Shown here piece after piece: positions 1 through 15,263 of a DNA stretch of 64,000 nucleotides (positions are counted from its first letter, which is position 1; every line of letters starts with the position of its first letter). The notes below the pieces were generated by a model that was not told the DNA's origin, made no database searches, and saw nothing but the letters and a program-made list of their open reading frames with translations. Position numbers and translations under genes: made by a program. The DNA comes from Macrostomum lignano (Eukaryota): contig NIVC01003239.1 in NCBI GenBank assembly GCA_002269645.1, forward strand, positions 45,470 through 109,469. The letters run 5' to 3'.

Positions 1-3000
1 CTCGGAGATTCCTGGCTCAGATTATCGTCTAGAAGTGCTGTGGAGTAGCTGGTCCACCTAACCTACAGACACAACTCGAACAGATTTCTCTGTCTGTTTG
101 AGGCTCTGGCTCTTAGGTGGTCCACATAACCTACAGACACAACTGAAGCAGCTCTCTCAGTCTGTTTGAGGCTTTGGCTCTCAGAAGGTGGTCCACATAA
201 CCTACAGACACAACTCGAACAGATTTCTCTGTCTGTTTAGGCTCTGGCTCTCAGAGCCGCCGAGAAAGTTTAGTGCAGGAAATGCTTCAGTTTGTTAGAA
301 TGCAATCAGAACAGATTCTTAGAAAGTGAGCTAGTCCAGCATCAAGGCAGAACATCTGGATGTGTAACGAGAGGCTCTCGGAGATTCCTGGCTCAGATTA
401 TCGCCTAGAAGTGCTGTGGAGTAGCTGGTCCACCTAACCTACAGACACAACTCGAACAGATTTCTCTGTCTGTTTGAGGCTCTGGCTCTTAGGTGGTCCA
501 CATAACCTACAGACACAACTGAAGCAGCTCTCTCAGTCTGTTTGAGGCTTTGGCTCTCAGAAGGTGGTCCACATAACCTACAGACACAACTCGAACAGAT
601 TTCTCTGTCTGTTTAGGGCTCTGGCTCTCAGAGCCGCCGAGAAAGTTTAGTGCAGAAAATGCTTCAGTTTGTTAGAATGCAATCAGAACAGATTCCTAGA
701 AAGTGAGCTAGTCCAGCATCAAGGCAGAACATCTGGATGTGTAACGAAAGTCTCTTGGAGACTCCTGGCTCAGATTATCGCCTAGAAGTGCTGTGGAGTA
801 GCTGGTCCACCTAACCTACAGACACAACTCGAACAGATTTCTCTGTCTGTTTGAGGCTCTGGCTCTCAGAGCCGCCGAGAAGGTTTAGTGCAGAAAATGC
901 TTCAGTTTGTTAGAATGCAATCAGAACAGATTCCTAGAAAGTGAGCTAGTCCAGCATTAAGGCAGAACATCTGGATGTGTAACGAGAGGCTCTCGGAGAT
1001 TCCTGGCTCAGATTATCGTCTAGAAGTGCTGTGGAGTAGCTGGTCCACCTAACCTACAGACACAACTCGAACAGATTTCTCTGTCTGTTTGAGGCTCTGG
1101 CTCTTAGGTGGTCCACATAACCTACAGACACAACTGAAGCAGCTCTCTCAGTCTGTTTGAGGCTTTGGCTCTCAGAAGGTGGTCCACATAACCTACAGAC
1201 ACAACTCGAACAGATTTCTCTGTCTGTTTGAGGCTCTGGCTCTCAGAGCCGCCGAGAAAGTTTAGTGCAGAAAATGCTTCAGTTTGTTAGAATGCAATCA
1301 GTACAGATTCTTAGAAAGTGAGCTAGTCCAGCATCAAGGCAGAACATCTGGATGTGTAACGAGAGGCTCTCGGAGATTCCTGGCTCAGATTATCGCCTAG
1401 AAGTGCTGTGGAGTAGCTGGTCCACCTAACCTACAGACACAACTCGAACAGATTTCTCTGTCTGTTTGAGGCTCTGGCTCTCAGAGCCGCCGAGAAAGTT
1501 TAGTGCCGAGAATGCTTCAGTTTGTTAGAATACAATCAGAACAGATTCCTAGAAAGTGAGCTAGTCCAGCATCAAGGCAGAACATCTGGATGTGTAACGA
1601 GAGGCTTTTGGAGATTCCTGGCTCAGATTATCGTCTAGAAGTGCTGTGGAGTAGCTGGTCCACCTAACCTACAGACACAACTCGAACAGATTTCTCTGTC
1701 TGTTTAGGCTCTGGCTCTCAGAGCCGCCGAGAAAGTTTAGTGCCGAGAATGCTTCAGTTTGTTAGAATGCAATCAGAACAGAATCTTAGAAAGTGAGCTA
1801 GTCCAGCATCAAGGCAGAACATCTGGATGTGTAACGAGAGGCTCTCGGAGATTCCTGGCTCAGATTATCGCCTAGAAGTGCTGTGGAGTAGCTGGTCCAC
1901 CTAACCTACAGACACAACTCGAACAGATTTCTCTGTCTGTTTGAGGCTCTGGCTCTTAGGTGGTCCACATAACCTACAGACACAACTGAAGCAGCTCTCT
2001 CAGTCTGTTTGAGGCTTTGGCTCTCAGAAGGTGGTCCACATAACCTACAGACACAACTCGAACAGATTTCTCTGTCTGTTTAGGGCTCTGGCTCTCAGAG
2101 CCGCCGAGAAAGTTTAGTGCAGAAAATGCTTCAGTTTGTTAGAATGCAATCAGAACAGATTCCTAGAAAGTGAGCTAGTCCAGCATCAAGGCAGAACATC
2201 TGGATGTGTAACGAAAGTCTCTCGGAGATTCCTGGCTCAGATTATCGCCTAGAAGTGCTGTGGAGTAGCTGGTCCACCTAACCTACAGACACAACTCGAA
2301 CAGATTTCTCTGTCTGTTTGAGTCTCTGGCTCTCAGAGCCGCCGAGAAAGTTTAGTGCAGAAAATGCTTCAGTTTGTTAGAATGCAATCAGAACAGATTC
2401 CTAGAAAGTGAGCTAGTCCAGCATCAAGGCAGAACATCTGGATGTGTAACGAGAGGCTTTTGGAGATTCCTGGCTCAGATTATCGCCTAGAAGTGCTGTG
2501 GAGTAGCTGGTCCACCTAACCTACAGACACAACTCGAACAGATTTCTCTGTCTGTTTGAGGCTCTGGCTCTCAGAGCCGCCGAGAAAGTTTAGTGCCGAG
2601 AATGCTTCAGTTTGTTAGAATGCAATCAGAACAGATTCTTAGAAAGTGAGCTAGTCCAGCATCAAGTCAGAACATCTGGATGCGTAACGAGAGGCTCTCG
2701 GAGATTCCTGGCTCAGATTATCGCCTAGAAGTGCTGTGGAGTAGCTGGTCCACCTAACCTACAGACACAACTCGAACAGATTTCTCTGTCTGTTTGAGGC
2801 TCTGGCTCTCAGAGCCGCCGAGAAAGTTTAGTGCCGAGAATGCTTCAGTTTGTTAGAATACAATCAGAACAGATTCCTAGAAAGTGAGCTAGTCCAGCAT
2901 CAAGGCAGAACATCTGGATGTGTAACGAGAGGCTTTTGGAGATTCCTGGCTCAGATTATCGTCTAGAAGTGCTGTGGAGTAGCTGGTCCACCTAACCTAC

Positions 3001-3415
3001 AGACACAACTCGAACAGATTTCTCTGTCTGTTTGAGGCTCTGGCTCTTAGAGCCGCCGAGAAAGTTTAGTGCCGAGAATGCTTCAGTTTGTTAGAATACA
3101 ATCAGAACAGATTCCTAGAAAGTGAGCTAGTCCAGCATTAAGGCAGAACATCTGGATGTGTAACGAGAGGCTCTCGGAGATTCCTGGCTCAGATTATCGC
3201 CTAGAAGTGCTGTGGAGTAGCTGGTCCACCTAACCTACAGACACAACTCGAACAGATTTCTCTGTCTGTTTGAGGCTCTGGCTCTTAGGTGGTCCACATA
3301 ACCTACAGACACAACTGAAGCAGCTCTCTCAGTCTGTTTGAGGCTTTTGCTCTCGGAAGGTGGTCCACCTAACCTACAGACACAACTGGAACAGATTTCT
3401 GTGTCTGTTTGATTG
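1..3415. repeat. Satellite array with two unit lengths (~238 bp and ~376-377 bp); runs off the left edge
   Basis: Unit marker ctcggagattcctggctcag recurs at about 1, 377, 754, 992, 1369, 1607, 1845, 2222, 2460, 2698, 2936 and 3174. Long units carry two extra ~69-bp subunits (ggtccacataacctacagacacaact...). Confidence 0.95.
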
Positions 3416-4485
3416 TCAGTTAATTTTATTTTCTACCTTTGTAGGAGCCTGTGGTTGATTTTGTTCGCCTGAGCTCGACGAGACTGACTGCGTTTCACCG
3501 AGATGAAGGTTAAAACGAACTGTAAAAGAAGATTCAAACCACTAATTGACGAGAAATATAGAAAGGTTCATCATAGAGCTGAGCTGACGAAAGCGGATTC
3601 GATGGCTGAGTAAGCTGAAATTCGTGAGAGAGGCAATGACAGATCAATAACAGAAGCGGTCTCGGACCACGGAGGCAGGGAAGGTCCAGGAGAATATTTC
3701 GTAGAAAAAATAAGAAGATTAAGCCATCATCTGCGTGAACGAAAAGATGAAAGTCGGTAAAATGATTGGCTTATCATATGATTGCTCACCAACTCATTCA
3801 GTATAATAGGACTGGTGTAGTCAAATCAATTTAATTTCAGTTTCAGTAACTTTTGTCGTTATTAAAAATGCCCTTCAACTTCTTGTAGGCTCGTACTCGG
3901 ATGACCTTTTTTAACTAATGGAATCTTACGTTTGTTAACATGTATTTGAAGCATACATTTTGACCTAAATTAGTTTTAATGAGTTTACAGTTAGTATTTG
4001 ATATGATTCGGTATTTTTTTTCAAAATGCTTTATTTTCATTCACCTTCTTGTATTCACGCGACGCAACTAACTAATGCGATCGTACATTTGTTTAACCCG
4101 ATTAACCTGATTAGTAATGCTAAATAAATTGGTTTGAATTTGGGATATTTTCATTAAATGACGTCGTAACGCTTTTATCTGTTCTTTTTGAGAATTTCTG
4201 TTTTAATTAGTTCAAAAGAACAGTTTAAAGCAATAAATTTTCTACAACGAAAGAGGTCTAACTAAACCAACTGTTTTTTTGCGGTCCACCTAACCCGGTC
4301 CCCAAAACGTAGTTAGTGAACCACCACAGTTTCCCCGAACTGGCTATTCCGTCAAGTTAACAAAAAGATAACCCTAGCTAGCCTTTCGCGTTGTCAAAAC
4401 AGACTCTATTTTTTAACCGGAATTGCGTGGTCCACATAACGCATTAACATAACTCAGGTCCCGCTAAACACACAGACAGTCGTAA

Positions 4486-4488
4486 GAG

Positions 4489-4525
<37 letters not shown>
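4486..4525. repeat. (GTCT)n microsatellite
   Basis: About 10 direct copies just upstream of the acceptor at 4551. Confidence 0.9.
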
Positions 4526-4526
<1 letters not shown>

Positions 4527-4551
4527 ACCCTCTACCTTTCTACCTCCCCAG

Positions 4552-8169
<3,618 letters not shown>

Positions 8170-8982
8170 TCATCTAAAGTACACCGCGTACTATAGTCAT
8201 TAGGACAGCCAGGGGTACAGTAAATTTGGTGTAACACATTTACGTTGAATTCTATTGATAAACATGCATATATGTATTACATACTCGGATTACCATACTG
8301 TACGCATGTGTTTTTGAGATCTGAAATCCGCCGTATTTCTTTTGTTTATTTTCATTGATTGAGCGCTTTTAAATTTGCGGTGAAAATTAACGTGCTGTCT
8401 GTTATGATAAGACGTCACGAAATTATGATTTCTTGCTAAGACTTACATGTACGAGTGTATATATATTCAATGCAATGTAATTATTTTAGGGAGATAAACT
8501 TTTTAGCCATATAATGATTTTTATTATCGTGTTTGAAAAATGACTTTGACAGCTAAATTTATAGTACGTTTACAATTATGATGCGTCTCAATGTACTACA
8601 TAATTACATCAGATTTTATTTCCGGCAAATGAAACAAAAATTGGCACAATTTTTATATCATTTGAAATTATTTGGCAAAATGGCGAGAAAAAGCTGCTAT
8701 TTAGCACATGTTCATGCAGAGTCTTTAAAGCCTATGGATAATGAAAGGTACGTTAGGTAGCGTCTAGAGCACTATATATAGAATTTTTATCTAAATTGCA
8801 TTTTTTATTTTGTCAGAGCGCGGTAATTTTTTGTACGTTGTAAGGGCAAATCCGGGCAGTCACCATGTATTGAAAACTTTCCACTTGATGATTGTTCAGT
8901 TTTTATAATATACATGTAGATGTAATGCTTGATATCTAGTGTTACTATTCATGTCGAGTCCATGTACATCATCCGCTTAAGG

Positions 8983-9292
8983 CAGGTCGGCAAACTCCGG
9001 CCTGCTGCCAGCGAAGCTAATTCTCTATCCGGCTCTCGGGTCCTTTGAAACTTAACAATTAGCAATCAGGCCTGCTCAATGTTTGTGTCTCTTCTTCTCT
9101 CCTCTCTTCCTTCTCTCCTCTCTCCCTCTCCTCTCTCCTCTCTCCATCTATTCCCTCGCTTCTACTTTCTCTTATCTATCTTCAGCTATTTTCTCTTTTC
9201 CCTCTCAGCTCTCTCTTTTTCTTTGGCTCGCAGTCATGCGCTAGGTTCTCTTTCTGGCCCCCGAGGTAAAAAAATTGCCATCCCGGCCCCCG
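8983..9292. mobile_element. Degenerate hAT (Charlie-like) MITE containing a CT-rich tract
   Basis: Left end CAGGTCGGCAAACT; right end degenerate (attgccatccc...). Flanked by gcttaagg (8975-8982) and gcttaaag (9293-9300), a 7/8 TSD. CT-rich tract at about 9085-9230. Confidence 0.45.
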
Positions 9293-9473
9293 GCTTAAAG
9301 GTTTCGAATCAGCAGAACTTCGTACAGAAAAGAAGCAAAAAATATTTCTGTAAGTTTATTACCTATCTATTTAGAACGTAATATTTGAATACCGGTATAA
9401 GAACTGAGTGTACAAAAATTATTCAATGACTTACTTTGAAATTGCTTACGTCTGTTGAGTGTCGAGTGTCGAG

Positions 9474-9747
9474 TAGGGGCCTTTTCATATTGCTTGTTCT
9501 GGTTCCAGAACCAGAACCAATTTGTGAAGTATAACTTTTTGTCTCCATAACTAGAGGGAAATACGTGCTATAAAGTTTTTATTTTTGAATGACAATCGCC
9601 AAGAAGAAAGTGAAAAATTGTGCTAAGTGAGGTTGTTAAGGCAGTCAAACATACAACAGAATTAAATAGTTATACTGCTGCTTTTCTTGGAAGATCCGAA
9701 CCGATTCTGGATTCTGATTCTGGAATTGGTAATATGAAAAGCCTCTA
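9474..9747. mobile_element. Putative MITE with imperfect TAG-starting TIRs
   Basis: taggggccttttcatattgc at the left versus gtaatatgaaaagcctcta at the right (inverted). No TSD recognisable. Confidence 0.4.
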
Positions 9748-11315
9748 GTAGCCAGTCCGGCCGTATCTAAGAGCCCATTATAACATTCAGTACTTTGCGA
9801 GTTGTCAAAGCGGAAGTAAATATGATTTTATTTTAGTTTTTGCTAGCTTTTATAAAATCAAGAATTTTAGAGGCAAAATGTTTTAGGATTCAGGAGTTTT
9901 TGATATACGGTTCAAATATTATGCAGATTTCAATCTTCAGATTTTATAGGAAATGCTGCAAGTAGATCGATCAATAAGCAGATCAATAAATTGCACAATT
10001 TTTCAGCACGTTCAGTTAACTGAAAATATATTCATCTGGGGGCACTTTTTATCTCTATTCCACCGTGACTATTTCATTGAGTCTAAACCGTACGATTCTT
10101 TAAAATACAGGTGTACAGCCAGTACAGGTACAGGTATAGATAATAAAATTAAAATACAGTTATAGTAGATCTGTCATATATATATTAGATGATGAAAAAA
10201 GATAGGCCTAAGACAAAATTCCCTTCATTTATCTGTGACTCAGCATATGTGGCTCCATTTCCATTGTATTGAATATTAAACCCTTAGGCCCTACTCAGAA
10301 CAGCTTAGGAAGCTAAAAATTGAGTTGAGGTCAATCTCTTTAGTATAATTCTAGCTAGTGCTTGTGGTCTGTTGTTGTTAGATTTTTAGATTTGTGTTAG
10401 GTTTACTGGTATCTGAATCTGATAAACTGATTTTTGCTCTATTGTGCCTCTTTTTATCATAATCTTGTGTATTCCATTCAATAAATACCTAACATACACC
10501 AAAATTCTCTCTATTTAATTGGTGTGTATCACATGTATTATCAGATATCTTTTCTGCTCAAAAGATTTGGTATAATTATAAGAAGCTTCTAAACTTATAG
10601 AATGAGACTTATAGAATGTCTTAAAAGTTACTATTAGCCTATTAAATTTTAAAATACTAATTAATAAGTACAATAGTATTTAGTATTATATAAATTGTAG
10701 TATATAATAACAAATTGAGCAATTGTTATCTTTTTTGAATTACCCATCTAACATAATTTTAAGTTTATATTTCTAATAATAGCTAAAATAGTTAAAAAAT
10801 AGTTTATATCATCAATATAACAGTACAACTTAAATTAAATTAGGTAGGTTGATCCTATAGGTCAAATTTCAATGAGAGTGCTAGAGACTTTGTATGTATC
10901 TTGGCAAAATAGTTTGGCACCTTTTATCATTTTTAGCAGTATCTTCTTCTCTCTAAGTTAAAGGCAACTGTTCAGCACCCATTCCTTGTGTCACTATTAT
11001 TATACTTTATTTTTTACCTTATTCAATTATTTCTTGAATCATTAGGAACCTCATCATAGACTGGAATGAATGGAGATTCATTAATTCTCAATTTCTGATA
11101 CCAATTTATTGCTGCTATGCTTGTAAGCTTTGTTTTCCTGCTGTGCTGGAATGAACAAATTTGCTTTTACTTGCATGCAGTTTGTTTGCAGCTCGCAAGT
11201 TGCGGGAGTTGCTAGCCGAGCAGCAATTCAACTAGCCACATTTACCATCGCCACTGCTGTGTCGGCCTCCGCCTTCTCTTCGACCTCGACTCCAGTCAGC
11301 TGCTTCGACTCCGCC

Positions 11316-13431
11316 ATGCTGGTGTCGCCTGACAAGGCTTTGCCGGGCCGCGCAACCCCCATGCGCGTCTCTAACGTCCACGCCGTGCTGAAGGGCAACA
11401 GCGCTGTGCCGCCGTTTCCGCCTGACACACTCAGCATCGTGTTCGGCCTCGGCTGCTACTGGGGCGCAGAGCGCCTGTTCTGGCGCATGAAGGGCGTTTA
11501 TTCTACGCAGGTGATTGACAGAATCCAATAATTCAATAGCAATATTACAATATTGTTAACCGGGAAGCCCGCGTGAATGCTTGCCCTGTTTATTTCAATG
11601 TCCTTTCCGCAGTCTTTGTGCTTATCAACAGGTAGTTGTACCAATCAGTGCACCCTCTCTCTGCCTCCAAGATCTTTGTGTCTGTCAGCTGGCCCTGCAC
11701 ACCGCAGCCTCTCCTGGGTCTTTGTGTCTGTCAGCTGGCCCTGCACACCACAGCCTCTCCTGGGTCTTTGTGTCTGTCAGCTGGCCCTGCACACCACAGC
11801 CTCTCCTGGGTCTTTGTGTCTGTCAGCTGGCCCAGCACACCGCAGCCACTCCTGGGTCTTTGTGTCTGTCAGCTGGCCCAGCACACCGCAGCTTCTCCTG
11901 GGTCTTTGTGTCTGTCAGCTGGCCCAGCACACCGCAGCTTCTCCTGGGTCTTTGTGTGTCAGCTGGCCCAGCACACCGCAGCTTCTCCTGGGTCTTTGTG
12001 TGTCAGCTGGCCCAGCACACCGCAGCCTCTCCTGGGTCTTTGTGTCTGTCAGCTGGCCCAGCACACCGCAGCCACTCCTGGGTCTTTGTGTCTGTCAGCT
12101 GGCCCAGCACACCGCAGCTTCTCCTGGGTCTTTGTGTGTCAGCTGGCCCAGCACACCGCAGCCTCTCCTGGGTCTTTGTGTGTCAGCTGGCCCAGCACAC
12201 CGCAGCTTCTCCTGGGTCTTTGTGTGTCAGCTGGCCCAGCACACCGCAGCCTCTTCTGGGTCTTTGTGTCTGTCAGCTGGCGTAGCACACCGCAGCTTCT
12301 CCTGGGTCTTTGTGTCTGTCAGCTGGCCCAGCACACCGCAGCCTCTCCTGGGTCTTTGTGTCTGTCAGCTGGCCCAGCACACCGCAGCCTCTCCTGGGTC
12401 TTTGTGTCGGGCGTCTGGCCTAGCACACTATGTTCACAACTCTTTCCTGAGTCTATCAGTCACTGAGTCTTCACTTCTCTGCTCGCGCCCCCTCACAACT
12501 CCGCAGGTGGGATTCGCTGGCGGCTTCACTCCCAATCCCACTTATAAGGAGGTGTGCAGCGGCCGCACCGGCCACGCCGAAGTGGTTCGAGTTGTGTACC
12601 GGCCCGCCGAGCTTCCGCTGACTGGCCTGCTCAAGGCCTTCTGGGAGAGCCACGATCCAACTCAGGTGAGCAGCTAATGGGAACGGCGCTGTTTGCTGGT
12701 AATTACCTGCTCATGCACTAATGAAGGAAGAAGGATATATGAAGGATATATGAAGTGTCGGAGATATGAAGTGTCGGAGATATGAAGTGTCGGAGATATG
12801 AAGTGTCGGAGATATGAACTGTCGGAGGTATGAAATGTCGAATATATGAAGTGTCGGAGATGTGAAGTGTCGGAGATATGATATGTCGAAGATATGAAGT
12901 GTCGGAGATATGAAGTGTCGGAGATATGAAGTGTCGGAGATATGGAGTGTCGGAGATGTGAAGTGTCGGAGATGTGAAGTGTCGGAGATATGAAGTGTCG
13001 GAGATATGGAGTGTCGGAGATATGAAGTTTCGGATATATGGAGTGTCGGTTGGAGTTGGGAAGGATGTTGGGACAGAACTATATTGTCGCGAGAGTCAGA
13101 CACGTCAACGCTGAGCTGCTCTGCCCCTCCCCCCAACCAGGGCATGCGGCAGGGCAACGATGTCGGCACGCAATACCGGTCCGCCATCTACTACTCGGCA
13201 TCGGATTCGGCCGAGGCGCAGCTGGTTGCTGAGTCGGCCAGAGCTTACTCCGAGGCTTTGGTAGCCAAGGCTAAACTGCCGCCCGGCGGCTCTGTGACCA
13301 CCGAGATTGCGCCGCTGAAGGAGTTCTATTATGCCGAGGACGAGCACCAGCAGTACCTGCACAAGCATCCCGACGGCTACTGCGGACTGCGAGGCACCGG
13401 GGTGGCCTGCCCAGCGCTGCCCGGAAAATAG
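11316..13431 (+). CDS. MSRA: Peptide methionine sulfoxide reductase A
   Basis: Exons 11316-11510, 12507-12665 and 13141-13431, all phase 0. The true start may be upstream, since the frame is open from 11130. Motifs: [83 protein letters not shown]. Confidence 0.97.
11673..12408. repeat. 46-bp (44-bp variant) minisatellite in MsrA intron 1
   Basis: Unit gtctttgtgtctgtcagctggcccagcacaccgcagcttctcctgg, about 16 copies. Confidence 0.95.
12739..13046. repeat. 16-bp minisatellite in MsrA intron 2
   Basis: Unit gagatatgaagtgtcg, about 19 copies. Confidence 0.95.
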
Positions 13432-13589
13432 AACTGACTGGTTACTCTTGGCTGCGGCCTGATATTCAGAATTGAACCATATGAGTAATTAGGAGTCCTG
13501 ATCTTGCTGATTTTATCTTGTTGGGAAGGAAGAACTTGATGACTGCCAACAAATTCTACGTGATCTATAATCCCATTCTCGAATAATCT

Positions 13590-14520
13590 GAATCCCATCC
13601 TCAGATATCTAGAATCCCATCCTCAGATATCTAGAATCCCATCCTCAGATATCTAGAATCCCATCCTCAGATATCTAGAATCCCATCCTCAGATATCTAG
13701 AATCCCGTGCTCAGATATCTAGAATCCCATCCTCAGATATCTAGAATCCCATCCTCAGATATCTAGAATCCCATCCTCAGATATCTAGAATCCCATCCTC
13801 AGATATCTAGAATCCCATCCTCAGCTATCTAGAATCCCATCCTCAGATATCCAGAATCCGGTGCTCAGATATCTAGAATCCTGTGCTCAGATATCTAGAA
13901 TCCCGTGCTCAGATATCTAGAATCCTATCCTCAAATATCTGAAATACCATCCTCAGATGTCTAGACTCCCATTTTCAGATATCTAGAATCCCGTCCTCAG
14001 ATATCTAGAATCCCATCCTCAGATATCTAGAATCCCATCCTCAGATATCTAGAATCCCATCCTCAGATATCTAGAATCCCGTGCTGAGATATCTAGAATC
14101 CCGTGCTCAGATATCTAGAATTCCATCCTCAAATATCTAGAATCCCATCCTCAGATATCTAGAATTCCATCCTCAGATATCTAGAATCCCATCCTCAGAT
14201 ATCTAGAATCCCGTGCTGAGATATCTAGAATCCCGTGCTCAGATATCTAGAATTCCATCCTCAAATATCTAGAATCCCATCCTCAGATATCTAAAATCCC
14301 ATCCTCAGATATCTAGAATCCCATCCTCAGATATCTAAAATCCCGTGCTCAGATATCTAGAATCCCATCCTCAGATATCTAGAATCCCATCCTCAAATAT
14401 CTAGAATCCCATTTTCAGATATCTCGAATCCCATCCTAAAAATCTAGAATCTCATCCTCAGATATCTAGAATCCCATTTTCAGATGTCTTGAATCCCATC
14501 CTAGAACGACTAGAATCCCA
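13590..14520. repeat. 22-bp minisatellite 3' of MsrA
   Basis: Unit aatcccatcctcagatatctag, about 42 copies with a cccgtgctc variant. Confidence 0.95.
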
Positions 14521-14989
14521 ACCCCGATTTCGCTACATCACAATGATGATCTCTAACAATCGTGATCGATACTCTTAAACTTTTTTGATCAGAAGGACGA
14601 ATTAATTATTTATTGGAACATATTTTTCGCGCTCTAAATCTGTTAATTGTTTTAACTATAAATTTTATTGGGTTCAAATATACGCGAATCCAGTACTAAC
14701 TAGTAGTATTGACAAATTTCTCACACAGCACACTGCGTCATGGCATGCTTGATTATCTATTGTCCATTTTTTTTATATTTTCACGCTTTCACCTTCAGCT
14801 GTGTTTTTAATGCAACAAAATAATAGAAAAGCAAAGTTGAATTCAATTAAACTGTAGGGTACTGAAGTTAAGTTCATGTGGCTAAGGCACGGAGTTAGTG
14901 CGCGTGCACTTAATATTTATAGATGCATATACATATGCATGTACGAGTATGACTTGTGCGAGCAGAGTGGCTATGCAAAAAATCTCACA

Positions 14990-15200
14990 AATCTCATCAT
15001 AATCTCATAAATCTCAAAATAATCTCACGAACCTCATTGTAATCTCATCATAACCTCACAAATCTCAGTATAATCTTACAAATCTCATCATAATCTCACA
15101 AATCTCATCATAATTTAACAAATTTCATCTTAATCTCAAATCTATCTATAATTTCACAAAACTCATGAAAATCTCAGGAATCTCACCACAATCTCAAGAA
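14990..15200. repeat. Degenerate (aatctca)-based repeat
   Basis: Repeated aatctcacaaatctcatcat-like units, highly diverged. Confidence 0.7.
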
Positions 15201-15263
15201 TCACATTAAGATTTGACTATTCTCTTTGAGTACAATCTCAACAGACTCCTCTCATCCCCATCG

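Noticed and set aside
3445-3502. Possible small exon of the PLC-beta-like gene
   Set aside because: Good acceptor, but the donor is weak, its phase 1 does not match the phase-0 exon at 4552, and the peptide is unrecognisable.
11577-12677. Long ORFs in three frames over the 46-bp repeat
   Set aside because: Stop-free tandem repeat inside MsrA intron 1.
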